A stretch of DNA of 64,000 nt from Spirochaetia bacterium (GTDB lineage Bacteria; Spirochaetota; Spirochaetia; UBA9216): the NCBI GenBank assembly GCA_965140585.1, contig OZ223270.1:1-64000 (forward strand). Direction: 5' to 3'. This document shows, in pieces, positions 1 through 14,575 of this stretch. A program made the translations under genes and the position numbers. The notes beneath the pieces are model-generated. The model was given only the letters and a program-made list of their open reading frames with translations, was not told where the DNA came from and ran no database searches. The stretch's first letter is position 1. Every line of letters starts with the position of its first letter.

Positions 1-158
1 GCAACTTCGAGTGTAAGCGGTTTTGTACCCTCCTGAACCGCTTTTACCTCTTTGTATATGCTTTTGGGAAGTCTAATCCTCATTTCAGCATCTGAGAAAC
101 AGTTTGACCCGTAAAGGTCATAAAGAGGCGTTGCTGTAAAATCGATATTATCGTACAT
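1..158 (-). CDS. Glutamine synthetase type III, 5' end (runs off the window; absent from the ORF track)
   Basis: Manual translation from ATG at 158 gives MYDNIDFTATPLYDLYGSNCFSDAEMRIRLPKSIYKEVKAVQEGTKPLTLEVA, resembling the GSIII N-terminus (GSNxF...MRxRLPK.YK). AGGAG RBS at 166-170; lies downstream of amtB-PII. Confidence 0.8.
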   Translation of the reverse strand, partial: MYDNIDFTATPLYDLYGSNCFSDAEMRIRLPKSIYKEVKAVQEGTKPLTLEV

Positions 159-243
159 AAGAAAACTCCTTAAAAAAATACTCCATATTTATTCTTTAAA
201 AAAACTTAACTTTTTTACCTCTGTTTTTACATTACACACACAA

Positions 244-585
244 TCAACCAATCGCAATCTGACCGGTTTCTCCGTTCCTGATACGGATACATTCCTCGAT
301 CGGAGTTACGAAGATTTTGCCATCTCCGATTTCGCCGCTTCTTGCGCCTGCGACAATTGCATCAACTGTCGGTTTAACGAAATCATCGTTTACGGCTATA
401 TCAAGCCTTATTTTCTTTAACAGATTAACTTCAACGTCAACACCTCTGTATGACTCATGATAGCCCATCTGCTGTCCGCAGCCAAGCGTGTTGGTTACAG
501 ACATTTTATAAACTTCATTCTTGTATAATTCCTGTTTTACCTTGTTCAGCGCATGCGGCTGAATAAATGCTGTTATCAGTTTCAT
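244..585 (-). CDS. glnK: Nitrogen regulatory protein PII (GlnK/GlnB family)
   Basis: T-loop [15 protein letters not shown]-loop [18 protein letters not shown]; adjacent to amtB. Confidence 0.93.
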   Translation of the reverse strand: MKLITAFIQPHALNKVKQELYKNEVYKMSVTNTLGCGQQMGYHESYRGVDVEVNLLKKIRLDIAVNDDFVKPTVDAIVAGARSGEIGDGKIFVTPIEECIRIRNGETGQIAIG

Positions 586-597
586 TATTCCTCCCTC

Positions 598-1938
598 CTA
601 CATATTGCTGAATATCTGGAAACCGCTGTATGATTCCATTCCGTGTTCGCTTGTATCAAGACCTTCACGTTCGTGCTTAGGATCAACACGCAGACCTACA
701 GTCTTCTTGATGATGAAGAAAAGCAGTGATGCTGTAGCAAATACCCATACGAATACTGATACTACACCAAGAGCCTGTACACCAAGCTGTGCAAATCCGC
801 CGCCGTAGAAAAGACCGGGGCCAACACCGCTGTCAGCTGTTGCAAAAAGACCAACTGCAAGAGTTCCCCATGCACCGCATACACCGTGTACTGAAACAGC
901 ACCAACAGGGTCGTCAATGTGAAGAACACCGTCAATAAACTCAACAGAAAGAACAACAAGGATACCTGCTATAAGTCCAATTATAATAGCTCCGAAGGGA
1001 GATACAACTGCACAGGGTGCGGTAATTCCTACAAGACCTGCAAGCGCTCCGTTAAGTGACATACTTGGGTCCGGTTTTCCAAACATAAGCCATGAAGTAA
1101 GCATAGCGCCGATTGCACCTGTAGAAGCTGCAAGTGTTGTTGTAACGGCTACATGTGCGATTCCCATGTCAGTACCTGACAGAGTTGAACCGGCATTAAA
1201 TCCATACCATCCAAACCAAAGGATAAAAACACCAAGTGCTGCAAGCGGAAGGTTGTGGCCTGGAATAGCCTTTCTTCTCTTTACTCCGTCAACAACTACA
1301 TACTTGCCAAGTCTCGGGCCAAGCATGAGTGCGCCTGAAAGAGCTGCCCATCCACCAACTGAGTGTACTACTGTAGAACCTGCAAAGTCATGAAATCCCA
1401 GGTTTCCTAACCAGCCTACTCCGCTCCATATCCAGTGCCCTGAGATAGGATAGATGATTGCAGAAATGAACACACTATAGATCAGGTAACTGGTGAATTT
1501 TGTTCTTTCAGCCATTGCACCTGAAACTATGGTAGCTGCAGTAGCTGCAAAAACAACCTGAAACATCCAGTCTCTGAATGTTGCCGCATCAGCACCGCTC
1601 AGGAAAAACTGATCAGATCCGATAATACCAGCCTTAGTGGCTCCGTACATTAAAGCCCAGCCTATTGCCCAGTAAGCAACTGCACCGGCTGAAAAATCCA
1701 TAAGGTTTTTCATGATAATGTTACCGGCATTTTTTGCTCTGGTAAGACCAGTCTCAACCATTGCGAATCCGGCCTGCATAAAAAACACAAGTGCTGCTGC
1801 GAGCACAAGCCAGATCATATCGAAGGCATCTGAGTAGAGTGCCAGGGTGTCAGCTGTACTCATCTCTTCAGCAAACAACGCTGCCCCGGACATTAACAAT
1901 CCGGCTGCTGACAGGATTAAAATCCTCTTAATCTTCAT
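598..1938 (-). CDS. amtB: Ammonium transporter
   Basis: [40 protein letters not shown] motifs; signal peptide and multiple TM helices. Confidence 0.97.
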   Translation of the reverse strand: MKIKRILILSAAGLLMSGAALFAEEMSTADTLALYSDAFDMIWLVLAAALVFFMQAGFAMVETGLTRAKNAGNIIMKNLMDFSAGAVAYWAIGWALMYGATKAGIIGSDQFFLSGADAATFRDWMFQVVFAATAATIVSGAMAERTKFTSYLIYSVFISAIIYPISGHWIWSGVGWLGNLGFHDFAGSTVVHSVGGWAALSGALMLGPRLGKYVVVDGVKRRKAIPGHNLPLAALGVFILWFGWYGFNAGSTLSGTDMGIAHVAVTTTLAASTGAIGAMLTSWLMFGKPDPSMSLNGALAGLVGITAPCAVVSPFGAIIIGLIAGILVVLSVEFIDGVLHIDDPVGAVSVHGVCGAWGTLAVGLFATADSGVGPGLFYGGGFAQLGVQALGVVSVFVWVFATASLLFFIIKKTVGLRVDPKHEREGLDTSEHGMESYSGFQIFSNM

Positions 1939-1979
1939 ATTTCTCTCCTTAAGAAAGTTTTTCTACCCATGCACTATAA

Positions 1980-1996
1980 AGCAACTGCTGTGCCAA
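1980..1996 (-). promoter_or_regulatory. Sigma54 -24/-12 promoter for amtB-glnK-GSIII
   Basis: Minus strand reads TTGGCACAGCAGTTGCT = TGGCAC-N5-TTGC with exact GG-N10-GC spacing, ~40 bp upstream of amtB and next to an enhancer-binding-protein gene. Confidence 0.9.
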
Positions 1997-2086
1997 CTTC
2001 AGAAAAGATATTTTAAGGATTTGTTATATGCTTACTGTAAAAGGAATTAAATAATTATCTAAAAATCATTGAAGTAAAAGTTCTTT

Positions 2087-2151
2087 ATTACATAAATGTA
2101 AATTTCCTACAAAAATGTTCGCGGAACCTTTTGATCCGACATTTTTGTAGG
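2087..2151. promoter_or_regulatory. Candidate upstream activator sites (three ACA-N4-TGT palindromes)
   Basis: ATTACATAAATGTAAA (2087-2102), CCTACAAAAATGTTCG (2106-2121), CCGACATTTTTGTAGG (2136-2151), ~90-155 bp upstream of the sigma54 promoter. Confidence 0.65.
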
Positions 2152-2172
2152 AATAAAAATTATATTTAAGCC

Positions 2173-3714
2173 TTATACATTATATTTACGTGTTTCAATA
2201 TCATATTTGGCCACACGAAGCCCCATCTTTCTTTCGGTAATCCCCAGAAGTCTTGCAGCCGCAGCCATATTTCCCTTGGAAGATTTAAGAGAATCCTCCA
2301 GCATCTCTCTTTCAAGCCGCTCAATAGCTGACTTAAGATTATTCTCGGGACCGCTGTCAGTAGATTCGGCGCTTTGAAGACTGGGAGGCAGGAGGTGACC
2401 ATGAATGACTCCGTCGGTAGTCAGCAGCACAGCACGCTCTATACAGTTCTCAAGCTCACGGACGTTGCCGGGCCAGTGGTAACTCATAAGCAATTCAATT
2501 GCAGGTGTTGATATACGCTTAATTTCCTTCTCATTGCGTTCAGCATATTTTTCGGTAAAATAATCTGCCAGAAGAATGATATCGGTTTTCCGGTCTCTTA
2601 ATGGAGGAATATTCACGGGAAATACATTCAGTCGGTAATAAAGATCTTCACGAAATTTGGATTCACTCATCATTTCTTCAAGCGGCCTGTTAGTTGCAGC
2701 AATAACCCTTACATTTACCTTTATAGTCTCAGTACCGCCGACACGTTCAAATTCTTTTTCCTGCAGGACCCGCAGCAGTTTTACCTGTGTCATCGGTGAA
2801 AGATCGCCTATCTCATCAAGAAAGATTGTACCTCCGTCTGCAAGCTCAAAACGGCCTTTGCGTGAAGCTATGGCACTTGTGAAGGCTCCCTTTTCGTGAC
2901 CGAAAAGCTCACTTTCTATTACAGAATCCGGAAGGGCGGCACAGTTTACTTTAATAAAGGGTTTATGAGCCCTGGGGCTGCTGTAATGAATAGCCTGGGC
3001 AACCAGCTCCTTTCCTGTTCCGCTTTCGCCCCTTATCAGTACGGTAGCATTACTGCCGGAAACCTGCTGTATCAGATTGAAGACTTCCTGCATTGCATTT
3101 GCCTTTCCAATCATATTTGAAGGTGTGTACTTGCTCTTCAGCTGCTGCTGGAGCTGTTCATTTCTGTCTTTTTCTTCCTGAACCCTTCGTCTAACCTTCA
3201 CCGCCTGGGCTATCATTGAACCGATAATACTTAAAAGTTTGACATCGTCGTCAAAATCAATCTCTTCGGCATATTCACGATCAATACTCAGGGTTCCGAT
3301 AACCTTTCCCTCTATTTTTATGGGCACGCAGATAAAAGCAGTCTTCCTGCCTTCAACTTTGCCCCTGGCCTGAGTACGGTCAAGAAACTTCGGGTTCTGA
3401 TTAATATCCTGAACAACCTCAGGCTCTCCCGTCTGGGTCACCTGTCCGATTATTCCTTCTCCCTGATTATACCGGCCTCTGCTCTGCTGCTGTTCAGACA
3501 GACCATGAGCGGCTTCAATCTGAATTTTTTCTGTAAGCCTGTTTAAAAGAGTTACCATACCGCGCTTCATATCCATTTCATCAGCGAGCAGGGTGAGCAC
3601 AGGGGCTATACTGTTCTGGAGATCAGTACTTATATCAAGAATACGGCTGATGTCAAAGAGAACGGAGTGCTCTTTAACCTTCCTTCGATAGTGAGAATCT
3701 TTGAGCTGTTCCAA
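2173..3714 (-). CDS. NifA-like sigma54-dependent activator (GAF - AAA+ - Fis HTH)
   Basis: N-terminal GAF domain, Walker A GESGTGKE, ESELFGHEKGAFTSA, FLDEIGD, WPGNVRELEN, C-terminal AAARLLGI; TTG start. Confidence 0.93.
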   Translation of the reverse strand: MEQLKDSHYRRKVKEHSVLFDISRILDISTDLQNSIAPVLTLLADEMDMKRGMVTLLNRLTEKIQIEAAHGLSEQQQSRGRYNQGEGIIGQVTQTGEPEVVQDINQNPKFLDRTQARGKVEGRKTAFICVPIKIEGKVIGTLSIDREYAEEIDFDDDVKLLSIIGSMIAQAVKVRRRVQEEKDRNEQLQQQLKSKYTPSNMIGKANAMQEVFNLIQQVSGSNATVLIRGESGTGKELVAQAIHYSSPRAHKPFIKVNCAALPDSVIESELFGHEKGAFTSAIASRKGRFELADGGTIFLDEIGDLSPMTQVKLLRVLQEKEFERVGGTETIKVNVRVIAATNRPLEEMMSESKFREDLYYRLNVFPVNIPPLRDRKTDIILLADYFTEKYAERNEKEIKRISTPAIELLMSYHWPGNVRELENCIERAVLLTTDGVIHGHLLPPSLQSAESTDSGPENNLKSAIERLEREMLEDSLKSSKGNMAAAARLLGITERKMGLRVAKYDIETRKYNV

Positions 3715-3733
3715 TTTGTCTTCCTTGTCTTAT

Positions 3734-3749
3734 CCTACATTTCTGTAGG
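3734..3749. promoter_or_regulatory. Palindrome CCTACA-N4-TGTAGG with perfect arms, candidate autoregulatory site
   Basis: CCTACATTTCTGTAGG about 20 bp upstream of the activator start; same motif as 2106-2151. Confidence 0.65.
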
Positions 3750-3853
3750 TTACTATAAATATATCTAAAAAAAGATCTAAAGTTAAGGGGTTTTAGGCCA
3801 AAGTTCTTTATTTTCTCTTTACAACTCAGAATTAATGGTGTAAGTCAAATACT

Positions 3854-4861
3854 ATGACCGAGAAAATTGAAAAAAAGCGCCTTGCAATATTAAGAGTTCT
3901 CCGTGACGCTGAAAAACCGCTTTCAAGCAAAACAATAACAGACGAACTGCTGACGCTCGGTTATGACATCAGCCCGCGTACTATCCGGTTCCATCTAAAA
4001 TCAATGGACGATGCAGGGCTGACCGAATATTCAGAAAAACACGGACGATTCATCACTCAGAAGGGGATCCGAGAGATTGAGGCTTCAAGGGTCTTTGAAA
4101 AAGTAGGATTCCTCAACGCCCGTATTGATCAGATGGCCTGCCGGATGAACTTTGACATACAGACTCAGAAAGGAACTGTTATAATCAATATCAGTTTCAT
4201 CAAAAAGGAAGATTTCCCGGCAGCAATAGAGCTTATGACTCCTGTATTCAGAGCAGGCTTTTCCATGGGACAGCTTGTCACTCTTTACAGAGAGGGTGAA
4301 TATGTGGGAAACCACCTTGTTCCCGACGGCTACATCGGTCTTGGAACTGTCTGTTCGTTCACATTCAACGGCGTTCTAATTAAAATGGGAATTCCTATTC
4401 AGTCAAAATTCGGCGGACTTCTTCAGATTGAAAAAAATGAACCGGTGCGCTTTGTGCAGATAATAAACTATGATGGAACAAGCATCGACCCCCTCGAGAT
4501 TTTTATACAGAGCGGTATGACCAGTTTTTCAGGAATCGAGAAAAAAGGAAACGGCCGAATTGGAGCCAACTTCTTCGAGATACCCGAGAACGCAAGAACC
4601 GATGCGGCACGAATAATAGGAAGACTTGAAAAGCTGGGACTGGGTAATATCATAAAATTGAGCTATCCGGAACACCCCCTGCTTGAAATTCCCATCAACG
4701 TAGGAAGAGTCGGTGGAATTGCCATCGGAGGCCTCAATCCGCTTGCCACCCTCTTCGAGCAGAACTTCAATACGAAAATTCATGCGGTTTCCGATGTAAT
4801 TGACTTCTCAAGGCTTTTTCACTTTACTGCACTTTCCCAACATTTTAACGAATTTCTTTGA
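3854..4861 (+). CDS. nrpR: NrpR-family nitrogen regulator (wHTH plus a single NrpR regulatory domain)
   Basis: N-terminal wHTH (ILRVL...RTIRFHLKSMDDAGLT...GRFITQKG), GTVCSFT.NGVL, YDGTSIDPLEIFI, GGLNP; sits within a nitrogen gene cluster. Confidence 0.82.
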   Translation: MTEKIEKKRLAILRVLRDAEKPLSSKTITDELLTLGYDISPRTIRFHLKSMDDAGLTEYSEKHGRFITQKGIREIEASRVFEKVGFLNARIDQMACRMNFDIQTQKGTVIINISFIKKEDFPAAIELMTPVFRAGFSMGQLVTLYREGEYVGNHLVPDGYIGLGTVCSFTFNGVLIKMGIPIQSKFGGLLQIEKNEPVRFVQIINYDGTSIDPLEIFIQSGMTSFSGIEKKGNGRIGANFFEIPENARTDAARIIGRLEKLGLGNIIKLSYPEHPLLEIPINVGRVGGIAIGGLNPLATLFEQNFNTKIHAVSDVIDFSRLFHFTALSQHFNEFL

Positions 4862-4966
4862 TTTCCCGCTAATTTCCACTAAAATTTAACTGAAAATGAA
4901 TATTTAACCTCAAAAAATGATTATATGGTAACAATTGCCACAAAATCATTCTTTTTTGATGATTTC

Positions 4967-5007
4967 TTGACATATTTAAGTTTTTTGTGGCAATATGTTG
5001 CCACAAA
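4967..5007 (+). promoter_or_regulatory. Putative sigma70 promoter of gltBD overlapped by a 24-bp palindromic operator
   Basis: TTGACA at 4967-4972; TTTGTGGCAA-TATG-TTGCCACAAA at 4984-5007 covers the expected -10 position. Confidence 0.65.
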
Positions 5008-5035
5008 CACGACAGTTATTAACCAGGAGAGCCAT

Positions 5036-9501
<4,466 letters not shown>

Positions 9502-9502
<1 letters not shown>

Positions 9503-10926
9503 TGGGAAGCGAACGAGGATTTATTGAAATAAACAGAATTGAAAAGAAATACCAGCCGGTAGAGGACAGAATCAAGCACTACCGGGAGTTCACCATACGA
9601 CCCTCCTATTCAGAGCTTGAAGGTCAGGGTGCTCGATGCATGGACTGCGGAATCCCTTTCTGCCACGCACTTGGATGCCCTATTTCAAACCTGATTCCCG
9701 AATGGAACGATCTGGTATTCAAGGGACACTGGAAGGAAGCCTACAACAGGCTGGCCCTGACTTCTCCCTTTTCCGAGATTACCGGAAGAATATGCCCTGC
9801 ACCATGTGAAAAATCATGCACAGTTGCAATCAACGATGCTCCGGTAGCAATTCAAGAACTCGAGCTTGCGATAATAGAAAGGGCCTTCGAGGAAGGATGG
9901 GTAAAACCGAATCCGCCTGAAGTTGAAACCGGAAAACGGGTTGCGGTAATCGGATCCGGCCCGGCAGGACTTGCTGCCGCATCAAGACTCAGAAAATACG
10001 GGCATTCTGTAACCGTATTTGAAAAATCCGATCGAATCGGAGGCCTGATGCGCTACGGTATACCGGAATTCAAACTCGAAAAAAGAATAATCGATCGAAG
10101 GCTTCAGATAATGGAAGCTGAAGGGATCCGGTTTGAAACAAATGTATCAATCGGTGAAGATATTTCAGCCGACTACCTCAGACGCTCATTCGATGCAGTA
10201 CTCATTGCCATCGGCGCCGGCAAACCCAGGGATATCCCTGCCGGCGGAAGAGGCCTTGAGGGTATTCATTTCGCCATGGAATATCTAACCCTTTCAAATA
10301 AATACTGCCACGGTGATATTCCTTTTGAGAAACTGATTTCAGCAAAAGACAAGAATGTACTTGTTGTAGGCGGAGGCGACACCGGTTCAGACTGTGTTGG
10401 AACTGCAATCAGACAGGGTGCAAAGTCGGTGAGACAGATTGAGATAATGCCAAAACCGCTCGACTGGAAGGAAAAGAGAAATCCGCAATGGCCGGACTGG
10501 CCCAATATTCTCCGAACTTCAAGTTCACACCTTGAAGGATGTGAAAGAGAATGGAGCGTCATGACATCCTACTTTTCAGGAAGAGGCGTCAAGGTGGAAA
10601 AAGCCTACCTTTCAGAGGTTGAATGGAAAACAAATCCGCATACCGGCAAAACGGTCATGAAGGAAGTCCCAGGCTCTGAAACAGAACTGGATATTGAACT
10701 GGTACTTATTGCGGCAGGCTTTGTCCATGCCGACGGAGGAGAACTTCTCAAATCGCTAGATCCGGAACTTGATGCAAGAGGAAATATCAAAATTGATTCA
10801 TCCTACTCAACATCAGTTCCCGGCGTTTTTGCTGCCGGTGATGCCGCCTCAGGAGCCTCTCTTGTTGTAAGAGCGCTTAACGCAGGAATGGAAGCAGCAG
10901 ATTCAATGAATGACTATCTGAATTAA
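9502..10926 (+). CDS. gltD: Glutamate synthase small subunit
   Basis: RCMDCGIPFC, GRICPAPCE, GSGPAG, GGGDTGSDC; TAATG overlap with gltB. Confidence 0.97.
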
Positions 10927-10987
10927 AGGAATCCGGAACAGGCTACCACCGATAACCGGTTCCTATAAATTGCTTTACCCTATTTTT

Positions 10988-11031
10988 GCCCTGCTACCGG
11001 AGTAATTACCGGTAGCAGGGCTTCTTTCTTT
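10988..11031 (+). terminator. Intrinsic terminator after gltD
   Basis: GCCCTGCTACCGG-AGTAATTA-CCGGTAGCAGGGC followed by TTCTTTCTTT. Confidence 0.85.
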
Positions 11032-11044
11032 AGGGCCTTGATAA

Positions 11045-11446
11045 TTATTTTCCTATCAGTTCCCTGACAAGCTGTATATTTACAGGTTTACCCGCAAACG
11101 AGATAATCATACACCAGACATTCTGTCCGCTCATTGTGGCTGCAGCCCCAAGTTCCTGAGTCATAACCTGCATAACATCATGATATATTTCCGACTTATC
11201 TTCCTTTGTGAGCGATTCATTGAGTATATATATTTTAACTATAATCTTTCCAATATCAGCTGGCTTCCCGCCCGTATAAACGCCGCCAAGCGGCTCATAA
11301 AAACTCAGATAGCATAGATTTCTCGAAGCTTCATTATCAAGAAATTTTTCAGCTTTGAGCTGAATTACCGTCATCCTTTCGGCAATTCTCTGCTTAAAAA
11401 CTTCATCAAGGAATTCTTTTTATACAATTACTTCACATATAGGCAT
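11045..11446 (-). pseudogene. Tautomerase-superfamily-like gene with a premature stop
   Basis: AAGGAG RBS, then ATG CCT (MPICEVIV*KEFLDEVFKQRIAERMTVIQ...) in frame with the 109-aa ORF; TAA at 11420-11422. N-terminal Pro and a duplicated beta-alpha-beta pattern. Confidence 0.6.
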
Positions 11447-11458
11447 AAGTGTACTCCT

Positions 11459-12472
11459 TTACTTTAATGAAAGATTGCCCCCGATCGTAAAAAGAAAGGG
11501 GCTTTCCGGATCTATTATATATCCAAGTGTCATTGCTGTAACATTATGCCAGAAGTGAAGAGCAATCATCCTTCTGAAATCATAACCGTTTTCAGCAGTT
11601 TTGACTGACGCGTAATATCCAAACAGAGTGGCGAAGGCCGTCTGCACAAGCGTATCTTCAACCGAAGTATCCGGTATAAGCATATTCGGCAAGTGAGCCG
11701 CTCCGAAATAAAGCGAACTGAAATGAATCCCGCTCTGCCTCAGAAGATGCCCGCGAAAAACAAGTTCTTCAGTAACAGTTGAAAAATTAGCAAGAAGGAC
11801 CGAAGAGAGAAGTGCCAGTGAAGTTGCGGCTGCCGGATGCATATCAGCTCCCATAAAAGGTACCGAATCTCTTGTAAAAAAGCTGCCGGCCGAAGACCAT
11901 TCATCTACAGTAACACCCGACAGAGCAAACATCGGGTATGCCGGAAAAAAATCAAAGTTAAAAATATTCTCCGGCTGCCATGGAGCAGCAAGGAGATCTG
12001 CCGCCGTTAAAGCTTCACCATACAATTCGGTATATACTTTATTATGCTGAATATAAAAATCCTCCTCGGCAGCATAACTGCTGTAAGCAGAAAGAAAAGA
12101 ACCTGCAGCCGACAGAAGAACTCCGGTATACAGCTTCCATCGATCGTCGCCGCTCAACCAGTTTTCAGAGTATAAAAGGTAGGTACGCTCACCAACCGTA
12201 TAATTCTGGTAAAAATCTCCGGCATTAAAAAAGAAATCAATCAGAAAATAATATCCAAGCCCCGACAGCGGCAGTGATGACATATAAAGCAGGCCTTCTG
12301 ATGTATCACCTGCTTTCAGCTGCCAGTAACCCGGAAGCAGACTGTTTACAAGCAGATCAGCATAGGTCCGTTCGTCATTTGCACCGGCCTCATCATTAGA
12401 CAATCCATCAGCAGAAAGTGTATACATAGAGGATATAAATAAAAAAGCTGTAAGCAGAATTACTTTTTTCAT
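11459..12472 (-). CDS. CPBP (CAAX/Abi) family intramembrane metalloprotease
   Basis: EELVFRG, FGAAH, HFWHN motifs; start moved to MKKVILL (signal peptide, GAGG RBS). Confidence 0.8.
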   Translation of the reverse strand: MKKVILLTAFLFISSMYTLSADGLSNDEAGANDERTYADLLVNSLLPGYWQLKAGDTSEGLLYMSSLPLSGLGYYFLIDFFFNAGDFYQNYTVGERTYLLYSENWLSGDDRWKLYTGVLLSAAGSFLSAYSSYAAEEDFYIQHNKVYTELYGEALTAADLLAAPWQPENIFNFDFFPAYPMFALSGVTVDEWSSAGSFFTRDSVPFMGADMHPAAATSLALLSSVLLANFSTVTEELVFRGHLLRQSGIHFSSLYFGAAHLPNMLIPDTSVEDTLVQTAFATLFGYYASVKTAENGYDFRRMIALHFWHNVTAMTLGYIIDPESPFLFTIGGNLSLK

Positions 12473-12638
12473 CAGACAGCCTCTAAACATGGATCTAACT
12501 ATATTGCTCATCATTTTAGTATAGAATACCTCTTTAGGAGTATATTTTTTATAAAATACAAAGTTCATTGCAGTATGTTACAATTTTTAACAATTACAAA
12601 AGGGAAAACCCGCTGTAATAGTAGTATACTGACATAGT

Positions 12639-13373
12639 ATGAAAATAAAAATATCAGCAGCATCACTTATTCTACTATTTTCTTTTTTTTCACTCCCCCT
12701 CTCCGCTCAGGAAAATACCCGCAATTCGCTGTGGACAAGGGCTGTGGAATATTTTGCCGCAAATGAAGGGCTCAGACCCGGCACTATGCATGTCCAGTCG
12801 AAAACCTTCGACCGAAAGGACAAACTGGAAAAAGATGAAACACAATACTACATGCTCAGCTATGACCGTGAAGGTCAGCCCGAGACAGAGCTGATAAAAG
12901 CTATCGAAAACGGAGTAGATATCACTGAAAAGAAAAAAGAGGAAATAGAGATATCCGGAGCCAGCAGAAACCGGCGGAGCGGTGGTGACGGAGAGGAATT
13001 TAATAAAAGCCCCCTGGATCCGGATTTCCAGGACAGCATAACAGCAATCGATTCAGGAAATAAAGAGTACAGAAACGGACAGATTTGTTCCGTATGGGAG
13101 TTTGAATTTCTGTTGAATGAAAAATATACAGCCGTAGGAAAGGCCTGGCTTAATCCTGCAAACGGGGCTGCGGTCAGCCTGGAGTACACGCTGACACCCG
13201 AATACCCGTTCACAGAAAATGTAATAATCCGGATTGACTACACACTGGAAGAATCAGGAAAATGGTATGCTGACAAGTTCATATTCAGAGGCACAATGAA
13301 TCTGATAGTAATGAAGAAAAGGTTCGACACAACGTCAACCTTCTCTGACTACACAGGAGAGAATACGCCCTGA
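12639..13373 (+). CDS. Secreted hypothetical protein
   Basis: 244-aa ORF with a signal peptide (PLSA-QE); no family recognised. Confidence 0.75.
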   Translation: MKIKISAASLILLFSFFSLPLSAQENTRNSLWTRAVEYFAANEGLRPGTMHVQSKTFDRKDKLEKDETQYYMLSYDREGQPETELIKAIENGVDITEKKKEEIEISGASRNRRSGGDGEEFNKSPLDPDFQDSITAIDSGNKEYRNGQICSVWEFEFLLNEKYTAVGKAWLNPANGAAVSLEYTLTPEYPFTENVIIRIDYTLEESGKWYADKFIFRGTMNLIVMKKRFDTTSTFSDYTGENTP

Positions 13374-13433
13374 AAATATCGAGTTGGACTCCTGAATGAA
13401 CCAACAGCAGGATACGCAGCACTCCTGTGAATT

Positions 13434-14474
13434 TTAAGCCTGATCCAGAGGCATCCTGATTCCGCCCTCATCGGAAAATCTGCTCTGCTCAAGATAATAC
13501 TGTATCTTGAGTGCATATTCGAGGTCCGGAAACGGAAGCGCTTCTCCACGGCAGGCAGAGATAAAACGATCTATAACTCTTTCCGCCGGCGGGTTGTTAA
13601 TCTCGCTGGTACTGGAACCGTCCGCTGTAGTATAAAGAAACCCTGTTTCATCGGAATCCGGAACTACAGATACCATCCCGTTGTCTCCATAAACAGAAAT
13701 ACGAAACAGTTCATCAGTCCCGCCTGCAGCGCGACTTGCATGCACAATACCTATGCCGCCGTTTTTGAAAGTTATATTGCTTGCAAATGAATCTCCGGAA
13801 TTAGGATCATATCCGCCTTCTTCAAAGTTGATAAAACTCTTTATAATAGTAGAAACATCTGCAAAATCACCGCAGAACCGGTCGGCAAGGTAGTAAAGCT
13901 GCGCCCCCGATTCTTCGAGAACCCCTCCAGCCGCCAGCCGCTGTATAAGCGGGTTATCTTCATCCCACTGATCAGCACCACCGGAAACCATCCAGCTTTC
14001 CAGGTTAGACGCTTCAAAATGGCGCACTTTACCAATATTCCCGGCGGCAACATAGTCAATAGCCGATGCAACTGCAGGAATATCCGATCTCCCGAAATAG
14101 ACCATTGCAGTAACGCCCTGTTCAGAGGCCGCTTTTGCAATCTCAACGGCCTCCGGATAACTTGCAGCAAGAGGAGCTGTACTTATAAAACTGACGCCCC
14201 GCCCTATTACATCAAGAAGAATCTCCGTTCTTTCATTTACAGGGACATTCATGATAACAGCATCTGGAGTTTCTTCATCCAGCATGCTGTTAAAATTATC
14301 ATAAATTTTGTGTATTCCATATCTTTCGGCCAGACCGGCAGCCCGGTCATAGTCGGGATCAAAACATGCGGTAAGTTCCGCATCATCATTATAATTGAAC
14401 TGGGAGGCCAGAAGACCGGCATTGATTCCGCAACCGGCGAGGCAGACCCTGAGGTTTGTATTAATATCCATCAT
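13434..14474 (-). CDS. Gfo/Idh/MocA family oxidoreductase (divergent)
   Basis: LRVCLAGCG Rossmann start, G.IGKVRH, GGVLEESG; the usual EKP motif appears as TAP. Confidence 0.75.
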   Translation of the reverse strand: MMDINTNLRVCLAGCGINAGLLASQFNYNDDAELTACFDPDYDRAAGLAERYGIHKIYDNFNSMLDEETPDAVIMNVPVNERTEILLDVIGRGVSFISTAPLAASYPEAVEIAKAASEQGVTAMVYFGRSDIPAVASAIDYVAAGNIGKVRHFEASNLESWMVSGGADQWDEDNPLIQRLAAGGVLEESGAQLYYLADRFCGDFADVSTIIKSFINFEEGGYDPNSGDSFASNITFKNGGIGIVHASRAAGGTDELFRISVYGDNGMVSVVPDSDETGFLYTTADGSSTSEINNPPAERVIDRFISACRGEALPFPDLEYALKIQYYLEQSRFSDEGGIRMPLDQA

Positions 14475-14575
14475 CGCTCCATAATATCAGAGTATGGATT
14501 ATGAGTGAATAGCCGGAATAAGGGATCATAACAGACCGGACCGGTATTGATCATAGCCCGGAAATATATATTATA

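Noticed and set aside
2097-2111. TGT...ACA as a canonical NifA UAS
   Set aside because: The spacer is 9 nt rather than 10, and it arises from two adjacent ACA-N4-TGT palindromes.
4988-5001. TGGCAATATGTTGC as a sigma54 promoter for gltB
   Set aside because: GG-to-GC spacing is 9 nt rather than the required 10; better explained as a palindromic operator.
4925-5035. ORF-track N-terminal extension of gltB
   Set aside because: It covers the promoter/operator; the RBS and protein pattern favour ATG 5036.
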